Shown piece by piece: positions 11,741 through 25,200 of a stretch of 64,000 nucleotides of DNA (positions within the stretch are counted from its first letter, which is position 1; the number at the start of each line of letters is the position of its first letter). The position numbers and the translations under genes were made by a program. Source of the DNA: Moniliella sp. 'wahieum' (lineage: Eukaryota); assembly GCA_003971905.1 (NCBI GenBank), contig RSEE01000050.1:1-64000 (forward strand), read 5' to 3'. Under the pieces are notes generated by a model that worked only from the letters and a program-made list of their open reading frames with translations, ran no database searches and was not told the origin of the DNA.

Positions 11741-14555
11741 GATGGGAGGATCAGGGTGGTGGTGGGAAGAGGAGCCGGCGCAGGAGGAGCCAAGAAAAGC
11801 AGCTGGCCTGGAAGCCTGGAGCCTGAAGCGGCGGCAGAGACCGCTGGCAACAGCGGCGCAGTGCCGGCGGCGCACCGCGCAGATAAATGGGGTAAAGCAC
11901 ACTGGCGCCATGCCGGGTGCCCGCCTGGCGCCATCTGGGCCGTACGGCCTCACCCGCCCGGTGCCTGCGGGGTGTGCGACCCGTAGAATGCCCTGCAATG
12001 CGGCAATACAAATCCAATGCAAATCCAATAATGCAGCGCCAATGCGGCTGCATTGGCCATTCGTACCAAATGCACTGGATGAGCCCATGCTGCCCCCCCC
12101 CTCCTTCACTATGCCCTCCCCCTCGCACCCGTACATCCACATCAGGCCGTCTCAACCTCGAAGTCTCAGCACGGATGATCTTCTGATCGGCCCCCAGGCC
12201 CCACACCTCGTGCCAAAGCCTCCCTTCTCACCGGCAGCATCTCGATCTCAGCTGAGAGTTGACGTGTTGAGTTCCCACCAAAACCTAGCAACAACAGCAG
12301 CCTTGTTAACGCAGCCATTTTCGCACCTATTATGAGATGGGCACGAAACACCTGATGCAATGCACAATGCCCGCTCTGTGAGACAATAAAGCCTCTGTAC
12401 TCAGTATACGTCTCAGTTCGCAGCAGCAGCGCTCTGACAGCGTACTCAGCTTTTCCACCCAGCCAGCTCGCAGTGCGTCAGTGATCAGTGTAGACCCGTA
12501 TAAACTGACAATCTTCCTGGGCTGTGGAACGTTAATACTATGGATGACCCGGTAACCGGTAACCGGTAACGCGTAACGGCCTTCCAATGGCCGATTGACA
12601 GGTTGACAGGTTGACAGGTTCGCGGCTTGCTCTCTCTCGGCCATAGTTGATGAGGGTCATGCAGGTCATGTGTCGGACTTTTTCATCGAGCCTAACCTAG
12701 CGCATTCTTCTGATCGCCACTTCGACCGCCGGGATCTGCCGAACACTTCTCACGCTCGCAGATTTATAGCGCACACAGTATGGAAAACTGGGTATGTATC
12801 CCTTAGGCCTTAGGCCTTAGGCCTTGGCCTTACTCGGCATGTAATGTTTCAGAAGTGTCGCGATTCTGTGTCGCCCCCCCCCCACAACCCACCCACCGCT
12901 GGCCTCGCACCCACTCCCAACTTCTGTCTTGTGCGCGTCTCACGCGCTTCACTTGTTCTGTGCGTTTGCTTCATAATGCAGCTCTCCAGATGTGCTCTTC
13001 AGTTGTGCTCTGGCTTCTTCCTCATGAAGGAATGGCGCTATCAGTCTCCGGCCTTGTCTCTCGATACTGTCGTGTTGGCCCTCTTAGATGTACCATTAGT
13101 CTTCGCTTTTCCCCCCCTCACCTTCTTGCCCAAACGTCTGCTGCCAGAAGGTTGAAGTCTGTTGGGGTTGAGTCCAGTGTTCAATACTCAGTGATCGGCC
13201 TTGCGTTATGCCACGCGGGCTGGGATGTATATCAACGGAGAGATCTTGCTCTAGGCGTTCAATTTGACAAGCAACAGACTTGAGGCTTGAGACCACTCAT
13301 AGCTCTGCAACCCCTATTTCCTCTACGTTCTTTTGCTGTGTGGGCCACAAAGCAATTACAGCGTCCAACACCATATGCAAGCAGACCACAATGGTCTTCA
13401 TCCGCTCACTCTCAATTAGATCAGAGCATTGTCCGTCCGTGGCTACAGTCATTGTGTCGCTGCACCATTTGTAAGCGCAGCACGGACCGAGACGCACCAT
13501 CAATACCGTGCGCAAGAATCCGCAAGGAGGAGGGGGGCTTAGGACCCACACCCCCCCGGTTCCTATTTCTTATCCGCTGGAGTCCCACTGCAGAGAAGAA
13601 TCGTTTCCCCTTCGCAAAGAATGGTTCGGGACTCCTCCTGCCCGGCTCAAGCCCCGCACACGTGGTTTCCCATTGCATCTACCCGTTTGTTCGTTTGGAG
13701 TATTGTGACGGGGTTGCTGACTTCCCAGGCGGAGACCTTCCCTGCCCATCGGGAACAAGACGGACAGAGAACTGAACGATGTTGAGATCCCAAGTACAAG
13801 GCACACTGGCGTGAACGTAGGAGGGCCGCGAGTATTGCTTTGCTGTCGAGACAGACAGCGTCTGCAAACGAGGTTGCACATCAGGAACTGGACAAGAAAG
13901 CGCGGAGCTGCGATGGGTGAAGGAGCCTGGCAAGCGAGCTGATCGAAAATTAAAAAGGTAGGCATTCTAGAATGGAGTGTGCCTCCAAGAAGTATGAGGG
14001 AACCGAATGGTGGGCAGCTGTGGGCCATCAAAATTGTATCCGAGAGCAGGTAGGTCTTAGAAGACAAAGGGAACAAAGGAAAGACCAACGGGTCTACAGC
14101 AAAAAGGGGAGGAACGAGGCAAAGGGAAGAAGTGAGGACCAGGGACAAAGGGCACGAGGTGAGAAACGAGGCGAGAGGGTCAAGAGTATAAAACGGCAAA
14201 CCAGCAATGCTCCATTTCCTGCATCCCTCGGAACAGATGAGGTAGGTGGTCGGGGGGAACAAGCCGATGGAAGCCGCTACTAAGCCAGCACTGAGATCTC
14301 GTGGCAGGGGTAGGACGACGCGGGCTTTGGCCATAGGATTCGCCAGCGCGTCTCCCCGTGTCTGAGGGTGGCTATGGGCGCCTGCGCCAGCCCGAGAGAG
14401 GTGGGGAGGGAAGAGCGGCGACCCACGAGGGTGCCAAGAGGGCGGTGCCGGGGCGCGAGACCTGCTTCCCGGTCCATCTCCCTGTGGGGGCGGCGGGACG
14501 GTTCGGTCGAAATCCCTGAATCGCCAAGGTCGAAGCGTTATAACTATAGGGGGTA

Positions 14556-16277
14556 CTAGTTACAGTCGCGCTCACCGCCAACCGACCTGATCCCATCCCC
14601 CTCGTCCACGTCCACCCTTTGAGTCTGACTCGGACTGGACTCGGACGCAAGGCCGAGTATGAAGGCGAAATGCGAGGGAAGCGACGAGGACCAAGTGGCT
14701 ACCTCATCTGGACTATTCCGGGCGAGAAACAACGCAGAAGCCCGAGGCGGTTGGAAGACAGCTGCAGCCGAGCAAACATTGTGCAAATGAAGAGGATGCA
14801 ATGGATGAATGGGTATAGGAGGTTACATAGACATGCAGATACTAGTACTGGGTCCCGGGGGTGGTGGCGTAGCGAACGAGGGGGTGATGGGAGAGCGGGG
14901 TGGTTGGACCGCGACGGTGACAGCTGCCGCTGCGGCCACGGGCTGGGCCGGGCGGCGCTGCGAGCGGAACTGGACGGCCAACGCGGCGAGTTGACGAGCG
15001 GGATGAAACTGGGCCCAAGCGAGGAACACCAAGGCGGGCAGGGCGAGGACGATGGCAGCTGGGACCCAGGGCCTGAGCCGCCCAGGAGCCGACGGAACGA
15101 ACGGAGTGCGAGTCGCCATAGTGCGCGCTGGACGCCAGCTCTGCGGCGGCATAGGCAGTGGAAACCAGTTGGACCAGCACGTGGGCGCGGACCAAGCGCG
15201 AACAGCCGTCCATGCCAGCGGCAACGAGGGTGGAAACGAGATGCGAGGTGCGCACCCAAGTGCGCGCCGAACCAAATGCACATACTGCCCCAAGCAACAG
15301 GAAGCTGCTCTGAAGCAATAGCACCCGAGGCAGCACGGACGAATCGCGTCGGCTTGAGCGTACCCAGCGCTGCCATCGCTGTGACAAGGAGGGATGCCAG
15401 AAGAAGCTTGCCTCCAATTGCGTTGGGTGTAGGTAGGCCAAACTCGGGACGGGGATGTCCGGCGCGGCTTGGGACGGGGGCTTTGAAGATGGTTCCAACG
15501 CTTGGGCCTGGTTGGTACGTGGGGAGAGGATGGCAGCTGGGCTGAGGGCAGTCTCCTTCTGTTGGATAGGAAGAGGAGCTGCTGCACGGCCCATGTGGAG
15601 GGGGAGGACTCGAGGTTGAAAATGTCCCGCAGCTCAATCAGGGCAGAGTGAGTCCACTGTGTGAGCCGGGGGAGGGATGGGCTGGGGAGGGGGAAGGGCA
15701 GCACCGGGCGCAGAGGAGAGATGGGGATCTGAACATCGACTTGGTCCGTGTGGGCTCTGCGACCCGAGATGACATCGGGCGAGGTTTGGAGACTGGGCAA
15801 GGGGGTGGGAGGAGAGAGTGGGCACGGCTGGTGCGCAAGATGGGCAGATGGGGCAAAGGCGCCGGGGAGGGAGACAGCGGACACGCGTCCAAGGTGAGCG
15901 TAATGGGCACATCCAGAAGGGGGACGGGGCAGGTGGTGCCAAGGTGCCGATGGGGTGATGTGGGAGGCGACGCAGTGAGTGCGGGGGTTGAGGAGCTAGC
16001 GCTAAGACCAGCCGGGAGAGCGGGCGCGACAAACGACCGTGGAGTTGCGAGAAGGGGCGAGGGGTGCGCTGGGGACGAGAGAGAGACCGAGTACGGGAAC
16101 GAGCATGGCCTGACTCGGGAAAGTGGATTGTCGAGGCAGAGGCAGAGGCGTGGGGCGGCGCCAGACCTGGGCTGGGATGGAGGCGACGGAGGATGGGTGT
16201 TTGACTGAGGCCGAGCGGGTGGGCAGGAGGTGCATCGGAGACTCCAACAGGGACGGGGCTGAGGGCGACGCGTTCAT
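14556..16277 (-). CDS. Hypothetical Ser/Pro-rich protein with C-terminal hydrophobic segment(s)
   Basis: Overlapping GC-rich minus-strand ORFs (16002-16901, 14823-15884, 14556-14801). One TM-like segment, WVPAAIVLALPALVFLAW. No family recognised. Confidence 0.4.
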
Positions 16278-17440
16278 GGCGGTGGGGGCGGCTGTTCCGC
16301 TGGCGTGCCAAGGAGGAGGAGGGGGGGTGGCTGGTGGCTGAGGGGGAGGAGGGGACCGACGGATGGGGGAGGCGGCGAGGAGTGTGCCGGCTGGCGTTGG
16401 CGGTGAGGGAGGGAAGGGTGAATGAAGGTTGAAGGATCGGCGGTGGTGGGCCTGGGAGGAATATACCCCAAATCGTCTTGGAGAGGGGGCAGTGGGACAG
16501 TGTGGGTGGGGGGCCAGCGTGTGGCTGCGCGTGGGGCCCGCGGGCGACACAGGCGGGCTGCTAGATGTGCGCTTACTCAGGGGAGTGCTTTTGTCTGGTG
16601 TTTGGCCGCGGCAGCGCCCGGCTTGGCTGCGACACCAGTCACACGTCACTTGCATCCCACCCAAATCCTCGGTCCCTCCGCGGTGGCCCGGCTGCGGCGT
16701 GGGTGCTGGGGTGTGCTGGGGTGCCGGGGCGCGCCTGTGCACCCTGGGCTGCATGTGCAAGTCGAGTGGCTTGGCAGAGCTTCGCGCCGGCCGGCGCTGG
16801 CTGTCGAACGCACGGCCGCACTTGCACCCTGCCTCCTGCCCTGATCGGCTGGCCCAGCCCTCCCAGCGGCACTTGCGCATCACCCGCAAATCATGAATCA
16901 TGAATCACCGACGCCCCAGAGTGAGCGAGTGGTCGGTGGTCGAGCATGCCGCATGGCTGGATCCACCTCCCGCCTTCCACCTGTTCGTGAGGGCCTGATA
17001 AGCCCAACGCAGTCAGCAAAGCGCTGCGCAGGAACCGGGTACCAGTCACCGTCACATGTCACAGCCGCGGCACCTTGGGAATAAGCGCCTGGGCAATTTC
17101 CTACCTGTCCTCCCGATCCACGTCCTTCCACCCGGTTCCTGATGGGACCGGTGACCGGTCAGCGACCAGATCCCAATCCGAAGCGAACGGGCAATCAAAA
17201 GCGGGAGGTCAACATCAATAGTATTGACCTGGGTCTCATACCTAGTCAATAGGCCAAGATAGGGATTTGGAGTATTGATTGCCAGCGAGCGATAGTAGAG
17301 AGTAGAGAGTACCCGAGAGGGTGGAGGGAGTGCAAGAGAGGGAAAGGACTAAGCGAGAGTCCAGTGGCTATGCTCATCCTGGCACACTGCACCAGTGTCC
17401 CAACATCCACCCTCTGTTTGCTGGTGCTGAACCAGAGCCA

Positions 17441-17528
17441 GCACAGCAGCACCAGCAGCACCAGCAGCACCAGCAGCAGCAACAGCAGCACCAGCAGCAC
17501 CAGCAGCACCAGCAGCACCAGCACCAGC
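17441..17528 (+). repeat. (CAG CAC CAG)n trinucleotide-type repeat (poly-Q/H if coding)
   Basis: Read directly: cagcaccagcag units over about 85 bp. Confidence 0.85.
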
Positions 17529-18950
17529 CACACGCGCCCAATGTCATGTTGGGCGGGCCCCGAATTGAAGCCCAACCCACGGTTTAGGGTGCTTTCCATT
17601 AGAGGAGAGTCCACTCACGGTTTCTCGAGCTTGGACGCTATATTGGCGGACCCGAACGGAGCTGGAGACGAGGTGAGGCCTCTCGTTGGGGCGTCGGCTC
17701 GCGTGGCAAGGATGGTATGCACCCAGAAAGCAGGATTAGCGTGCCTGTAGACGCAGAACCTTGCAAGGTTGGATGGAAGGTTGACGCTGAAAAGACAGGG
17801 TCGGACAGGCCTGCCTCAGAACAATTCAGCTCTTGTAGGATCGCCGCGGGACTCGCACAGAGGAGATTAAAAGTGGGAGGGAGATCGACGGCAACTTAGA
17901 TGCCTGGACGGAGGGATTCGGAAAGGCCAAGGAAGTAGTAGTCCCTGCAGCAGGTCGGTGGGACTGCTGGTGAGCTAGGGAATAACATGGGTGGTTTCTG
18001 GTGGGTCAAGGATGGATTCGTAAGGAGGCGTTTGTGACAAAATGACCTGCTCGGAAGAAGAACATAGAAAAAATGCTATGCAAACAGGGACTTTAAGGAA
18101 GCAACGTACTATGCAGAAAGAGGAAGATCAAGGCGAATGGCTCTCAAAGGAGCACAGATCAAGTAGGGAAAGGTTCCCTAGGAACAGGAATGGCCACTCA
18201 CGAAAAAGGGGAAAAATAATGGACAGGTCTCTGCGACTGCAACAACGTAAAAGGCAAGAGGGGAGAATCTCACGAGGAAAAACGAGACGCCAGATCAGGA
18301 AACTGACGTCTAGATCCGGCTGCTCAACTTCGAGCTCACTTCTTCTTGCACAAGACCAAAGCCCAAAATACTTAGAGAGTAGAACAAAAATCAGTCAGGA
18401 CTCAAAGCTCACGCACGGATTTCCTCAGTGGTAATACGAAAGGGACTCTATATCTTGGTCGCCCTGATCGAAACTTCGAAGCATGCTGGGTTTAGGTGCA
18501 ACGGATACACGGGTTGTTTAGACGAACCAGCCCGCAGGACCGGTAACACCAAAGGACCTCCCCATCGACGGCCTTCATGGCTCCGCTCGTGGAGTACCAA
18601 GCGCCATGTGCACCCTCCTCTTTCTTCCGGCGCTCGGCTCCATACTTTCTCTTTTCCGTTCTTCCGCCCTCGTCCTACTCCCTCCCCCAGGCCGTTCTAC
18701 TCGCTGGGGGTCCTCGTCGCTTATCATCTTCAACACTGACTTCTCCAAGGATCGGACGGGCCAGCGCCCATCTTCTTCTACCAACCCCTGACTCGGGTGA
18801 ACTGCGCTGCCGCGCTATAGCCGCTGAGGACGGTCGCATCACCGTCCCAAACTAGAGGGTGGACGCGTGGGCATTGGAAGTTCCTTTGAAGCGTTCCCCA
18901 ACCGAGTGCAGATCGTTGGGCTCGACGTGGGCCCTGATAGGAGTGCTGCC

Positions 18951-19110
18951 CCTTCCTCCTTCCTCCTCCTCCTCTCCTCCTCCTTCTCCTCCCTCCTTCT
19001 CTTCCTCCTTCCTCCTTCCTCCTTCCTCCTTCCTCCTTCCTCCTTCCTCCTTCCTCCTTCCTCCTTCCTCCTTCCTCCTTCCTCCTTCCTCCTTCCTCCT
19101 TCCTCCTTCC
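18951..19110 (+). repeat. Polypyrimidine tract with (CTTCCTC)n heptamer tandem repeat
   Basis: About 15-16 perfect CTTCCTC units at 19001-19110, preceded by a C/T-only tract. Confidence 0.9.
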
Positions 19111-20645
19111 TCTTTCTCCTTGTCACCTCCTATTAGGCTATTACATGTTTTGTTGGGGCGGCTTGATAGAGCTGACCCTTGCCACCAGTCTACAGCCAAG
19201 CCGAGACGCCGCTGCTGGCGCGAGGCGTCCCCACTACCCGTACCCCTGCGACAACTGCAGACTTGATTTCCATTATTTCCATCCTGCGACCTCTCCTCTG
19301 CGCCTACCTTTCCTGGCACAGGCGGTGCCCGGGCCGCCCGAAGCCGCCGCAGCTGCCGTGGCGGCGGCCAAGCACTACAGTTCCAGTACCCAGCAATCCT
19401 CTTCCCTTGAGGCGGCGAGCGTTGGGTTGCCATACTTTTCCCCTGACCGCGAGAGTGGTTCGTCTCGTCGGCCAGCACGCTTGGGATTTGAGAGATTGTC
19501 GGAACGAGCAGTGGGCCGACAAGGCGGCGCGAGGTCAGGGAAGAATCGCGCCGCGCCTCTGTCGCTTATCAACGCATCGTCGCGCCGTCGCGCGGGCGAC
19601 GAGCGCGAGGGGACGACCAATCACTTGCGCTTTGAGTTGGCTGAAAAGAGTGGTAATTGGTGTATTCCACATGGGGCAGCAACCGCGCCGGCGCCAATGA
19701 TGCCATTTAGCTCGAATGTGCCTGCACCCTCGCTCATCGTCACCAGTTCCATCGGCCTCTTTACGTGCTCCAGTTGGGACGGACCGACCCGCACGGCACT
19801 TACCAAGCTCTCGCCTACGACCACTGCAGGAAGTGTACGATGTGGATTGGTGGCCGGGCATGTATCGCGCACGTCGACTACCGCGCAGGGGATGCGGATG
19901 CGCCCGGCAAAAGCCTGTAGGAAGGTTGGCGTGCCACCTCTTCTCTTCCACAGGGAGGGGACGCGCCAATCGTAGAAAGAGTCCGAGCGGGAGGCAGAGC
20001 GTGATTAAACTGCTTGTGCATACTTGTAGCCATCTGGCCTATGGTTTGCCCCACATCCCATCCATCCATCCATCCATCTGGCGCAGTCGGGAGCAGTCGG
20101 GAGCATCGTTGCAGACGCCAGCCCACCTGGAGACGGACCTCCGGCGCAAGGTGCCCAAGCTCGGTCCTGCTCGGTGTGCGCGGGCCGGGCCGGGTGGGGC
20201 CTCAGCCTGAGGCCTGGGGCGTTGCCCAGCTGAAGCTTGAAGTGAAGCTTTGCGATGATCAGATCTCAGATCTCAGAAGATCTCGAGGAAGGCAACACTC
20301 AGCTTCAACCCTTGTGGGCACGGGGACGCAGGCCGGGACCCGAGGGACACAGCCAACCCTAGCTGTGGCGCGCGGAACGCTTCCCGGCGCAAGCGCTGGG
20401 CGATGCGAGCCACATTGCGCTGCCCCCCTGCCGAGCAGCGGGCGCGTCGTTATCACTGACTCAGGCCGCTGCTTGCACCGATCCGAGGGACAGGCGATAA
20501 GAAGCTGCTGGATGCAGCTTAAGAGTACCGTGGGCCAGGCAGGCTGTCCTGACGGCCTCCTGTGCCTTCTGCCTTGCCCTCCTTCCCCACCCCCCACCTC
20601 CACCTCCACCCCCTCTTTCCCTCGCCCCACCCCACATCCACATCC

Positions 20646-21710
20646 ATGTCTGCCCCCGCGCTTCTCGACCACGCCACGCGCGACATGGTCGGCTACGGCC
20701 CGCACCTGCCCAACGCCCAGTGGCCCGGCGGCGCCAAGGTGTGCATCTCGTTTGTGCTCAACTACGAGGAAGGCGGTGAGCACACGGTGCTCAATGGCGA
20801 CGAGCACAGCGAGGCGTTCCTGTCCGAGTCGGGCGCTACGGGCGCGTCGCGCGACGGCCGTAACTTGTGCGTCGAGAGTGGGTACGAGTACGGTGCCCCC
20901 GTGGCTTTTGGCGCATCCTCAACCTGTTCAAAGAACGCAGTTTGGTATTTACCTCCTGGGCCATCGGACGCGCAGTCGAGTTGAACCGGCCGTGGTGGAT
21001 GCGATGGAAGATGCCGGGTGTGAGGTGGGCTCGCACTCGTACCGCTGGATTGACTATTGGCAAACGCCCGAACAGGAAGAGCGGGAACATGTCGACCTTA
21101 CCATTGCCGCTCTCTCCAAAGCTTCTTCGCGCGGAACGGTGCCGCTGGGATGGTACACTGGCCGTCAGTCGCTCCAGACGCGTCGCATCGTGTACGACAA
21201 AGTACCGTCAACTCGGTTTGCTGGACAAGTACTACGACAGTGATGCCTGTACGTCCCCGTTCCTTCTTCCTCGTTGTCCCCCCGCTGCCTCTAGAACCAA
21301 AACCCGATCCTGATCCAACCCTTGCTTTGTTTTCCCAGATGACGAGGACCTACCCTACTGGGTCAAAAGCCCCTCACCCTCGCGGACGGAAAAGTCGCCG
21401 CCGCTGCTGGTGATTCCCTACACGTTGGACAACAATGACATGAAATTTGCGCAGGCGCCTGGGTTCAGTGGTGCTACGCCCTTTTACGAGTACCTCAAGA
21501 ACGCGTTTGACACGCTCTATGCGAGGGCGAGAAGGGGGAGCCAAAGATGATGAGCATCGGCCTGCACTGCCGTGTGATTGGGCGCCCGGCCGGTTCCCGG
21601 GCCTGGTTGCGTTTCTGGATTACATCCAGAAACATGAGGGCGTCTGGGTGGCCACCCGCTCTCAAATTGCCAAACACTGGCGCAACCCATCCGGCCCCGC
21701 AGGGCTCTGA
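20646..21710 (+). CDS. Polysaccharide-deacetylase-family protein, PuuE-type allantoinase-like
   Basis: RDMVGYG..PNAQWPGGAKVCISFVLNYEEGGEHTVLNGDEHSEAFLSE; ESGYEYG; EVGSHSYRWIDY; PLGWYTGR; DLPYW; LVIPYTLDNNDMKF; MMSIGLHCRVIGRP; VWVATRSQIAKHWR. Intron about 21248-21338. Confidence 0.88.
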
Positions 21711-22273
21711 GATCTCAGATCTGAGTTCTGAGTCCGGCTCGCATTCGTACCGACCGACGTGTTCTCCCAAGGTGTGGTTTCGGTTCCACCCACAACATGC
21801 ACCTATTTCTGCCGCCCGACGATCCGATCCATGATCTCTTTCGATACTCTGCACCCGTAACACCCCATGCCCCCAACACCTCTGCAGCCCCTCGCACCAG
21901 TACCACCTTCCGCTTCCGCTTACCCCGGCCCTGCTTGTGCTGCAGGCTGTGGGTGCGCATTCTACTGCAAACCAACCAACGCATTGAATCAAAATCGTGA
22001 ATTTCAGGCGTGTTGCTAAACGTCAAACAGAACTGGGGGAGGGGGGGGGAGGGAGCTGGTTCCCATGAAACGAATGAGACAGGAGATTGAAGTGAAGGAC
22101 TGCGTTGTCCTAAACACCTGGGTGGACAGGTGCGTCAGGAGAAATGGGGGAGAAACGCCCGTCACACATCATTGGCTTGGCAAAGGAAGCGAACAGCACG
22201 GGGAGGCTGATGAGGAACAGGAACAGAACAAGAACAGGAACAGAAGAAAGGAAAAAGAAAAAGAGAAGATAAG

Positions 22274-25200
22274 TTAGGCTGTCGAACCGTCCGAATCCGA
22301 CTCGTCTTCGGTCAGCCAAGGCGGGGTGGGGACGCTGCGGTCTTGGCTGATGGTGCCTCGGCTGGCAAACGGGGTATGTAGGGCAGGGTGAGGTGAGGTC
22401 GGCACTGGCGAGCACGGGGGTCCGCGACGGCGGCGGAGCGTCATGATGCGGTTGGGCCAGTAAGGCAGCCGTCAAAGGAGCCTCGTCTTCCATGTGCTCG
22501 GGGTCGGGGTCGCTCGTGCTCGTGGTCGTGCTCGAACTCGGGGTCGTGCTCGTTTCTCTCCTTGACCTCCTCGGGATCCGCAGCCGAGACGTAGTGTTCG
22601 TCGCCAGTAGACTCGTGGGCGAGGTAGCCGACACGTAGATCCGTAGGAGGGGATTTGGGCGGCGACACTGCGGGGTGGCTGGGTTCAGACAGGTCCGGCG
22701 GGGCAGCCAGGGGAGAAGAGTTGCCACGGCCTGACGAGCTGGGCCATTGAACACGCCGATGGAAATCGAAGGGGTCGGCCTGCGGAATGACGTGAGCCAT
22801 TAGCTGGGTCCGAGCCGTCCAATTCGCCATCGGTATCGGTTAAAGGTTCGTGATTTTGGTACATGGCCAACCTTCCAATGCCGGAAACTACGGCGCGCTC
22901 AATCCCAGCTTCGACGGCAAGGTTGTGACCACTCGAGATGGAGCGGGCGCGCTTGAGTTCGTGGTGCACGGTGCGACGAATGTTCTCCACGGCTCGCTCG
23001 ATCCGCATACGGTTCTCAATCATGTGCTTGAACGAGGGATACAATCAAGTCAGTGCCCCGCAAGACAAACTACAGGAAACCCAACGTACCAACTTGGGGA
23101 ACGTGCACTCTGTCCAACCGACAAGAGACGCAGCATCTCGGCCCGGTCTGGGTCGGTCAGAATCCGAGGCCAGTCCCATAGGCGCGTCTTAGGCCAGATG
23201 GTCACGGTCCCTCCAAACGACTGGAGGAAGGCAGAGCTCCAGTCTTGCCCTAGCACCTGGGGAGAATGTCAAGGTCCTTGAGAAACTGGAAGGACAAACT
23301 CAACTGAAGTTTAGAAAATGTTCCAGCGCAGCGAGAAGGAAGCCACCCCGCCATCCTCGGCCCTTACGATGGGCGACAGGTCGGCCGGCATGCCCCGAGG
23401 CGCAAAGAAGAACAAGTGACGTGGGGGTTGGCTTGGGACCGATCGGGTAGTTGACTCCCATCGATTGAAGCTCGCAAGGGGAATGTCCATGCGCAACGAG
23501 CCGTCCTTGAATCTATGGCCCCAGTTCATGGGACTCAAATCGCCTGAACGAGACTTTTGCATGAGGCAAATCGGTTGAAGCTTCCAGAGCACGCGCACAA
23601 GGTCAGTATCGGCTGCGTTGAAGGGTAAAAAGAAAAAGGTGAAGTGGAGGCAGGACGTACCACAGTAGGCACCGCGGCTGAAGCCAAGAGGGCACTCCAA
23701 ATCACACAGTCTGGAGCAGTGTGGTAATTGAGGAGCTTAACGGGGCTGTTACGATCCGAGGGAATGACACTGATGTTGAGCATCTTTCCCGTTCGCTGGT
23801 ATGCCGAGGAAGGTGAGTGATCCCAAGGTAAAAAACTGGGCCTTTTCAGCAAACTGGCGAGCGTCAAAGCGGCAGCCCTCTTTCCACAGACGTGGACCCC
23901 ACGTGAAGATGCTTTCCTCGCAGGCTGTAATGTGGTCCGCCAGCTCGGGGACGAGGAGACGATCCAGCTCGTGGTCATGGCGTGTGCAGATCAAGGCCGC
24001 CACCAAGCCTCCGGCCGAAGTACCGGTGACCACCTTGGGTAGCAGGGCGGCATCGAGCAACGCACGAGCAACGCCAAAGTGGTAGTAGGCGAAACTTGCT
24101 CCGCCCGAAAGGCACAGAGCCGAGGTTCCCAATCGTTTCCGCACCGCGCGGTAAAACGACGCTTGGTTTCGAGTGAGATCAGGTTCGGTCCGGCATGCTC
24201 GACAAAGCGCAGAGATCTCTCCCTTCGTCGACGTAATCTTCAATCAAGCGCTTGGTGCCAAAGTAGGTCTCGCTGTACAGGCGGAAGCCTTCGACGCCGG
24301 CAAAGTTGGAGCGGAGACAAAGGTCCAGTACACCCAGGATATTGTTGACATCGCCACGTTCACGGAACAGCGCAGGCTGCGAGTCACCTTCTTGACCAAG
24401 AGCCAGTCGTACAGTCCACTAGGTCCCTTTTCCCTCCACGAGGCCAGGCCGAGAAGCTGGTCCATCTCACGAGCAATGGAAATCCACTCGCCCCAGGACT
24501 TTGCCCGGCGCAGCTTGGCCCTGAGTTTGCGCTTGGGACCACGCCACGTCAACAGATACTCGCCAAGATTACAGCTTGGCGTGTCAATACGTAGGCGTAA
24601 AACAAGATCGCAATCCAGGCAAAGACGAGTGCCAACAAAGGCCAACGCAGCAAAGCGTAGAGATGGCCGGCCCTTTGGCCCGTGTCGGTGCCCTGCAATC
24701 GGCAGGACGATGGCCACGCTTACCGTCGGGGAGCTGCTGCATGATCGGGGCAAAATCCGAGGGCAGCAGACAAAAACAGGTCGCTGTTCTTCTTGTTGCT
24801 GGGCGGGTGGAAGCCAACGATCTGCCGCGGGCCCGGCTTGCTACCACCGCCTGGACTGGAAGAACGAGGCGATGTGCGTCGGCGTAGGGAAGGCTCCTCT
24901 TCCAGGGCCAACAAGCTTGAAGTGGCGGCAGCATCAGACCTGTCTCAGCTGCGTATCTGGCAGCGTCTTCGAGCAAGGTGGGTGGGCTAGGGTCGTGTTG
25001 GCCAAGACCATACGCGGGGTCGTCGTACTTGAGCGCCTCGGCAAAGCGAGGACCTTGTCGGGCTCGTCGTAGGTGGCAGTGAGGAGCGGATCGAGGAGCT
25101 CGCCGGCCTTGTAGAGGCGGTTGGAGTAGGTGTAGGTGGTGGGGGGGGAGACATCCAGGGGAGGGTGGCGAGGAGAGTGGCGCTGCTGTGGGTGCGAATC

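Noticed and set aside
12646..12714. Possible C/D-box snoRNA (TGATGA ... CTGA)
   Set aside because: Only short boxes; no terminal stem or rRNA-complementary guide could be verified.
12801..12832. Telomere-like TTAGG repeats
   Set aside because: The unit is CCTTAGG, not TTAGGG, with only three internal copies.
18839..19478. ORFs encoding RRKEEGG or SSFLLPP repeats
   Set aside because: These are translations of the CTTCCTC microsatellite, with no support for coding.
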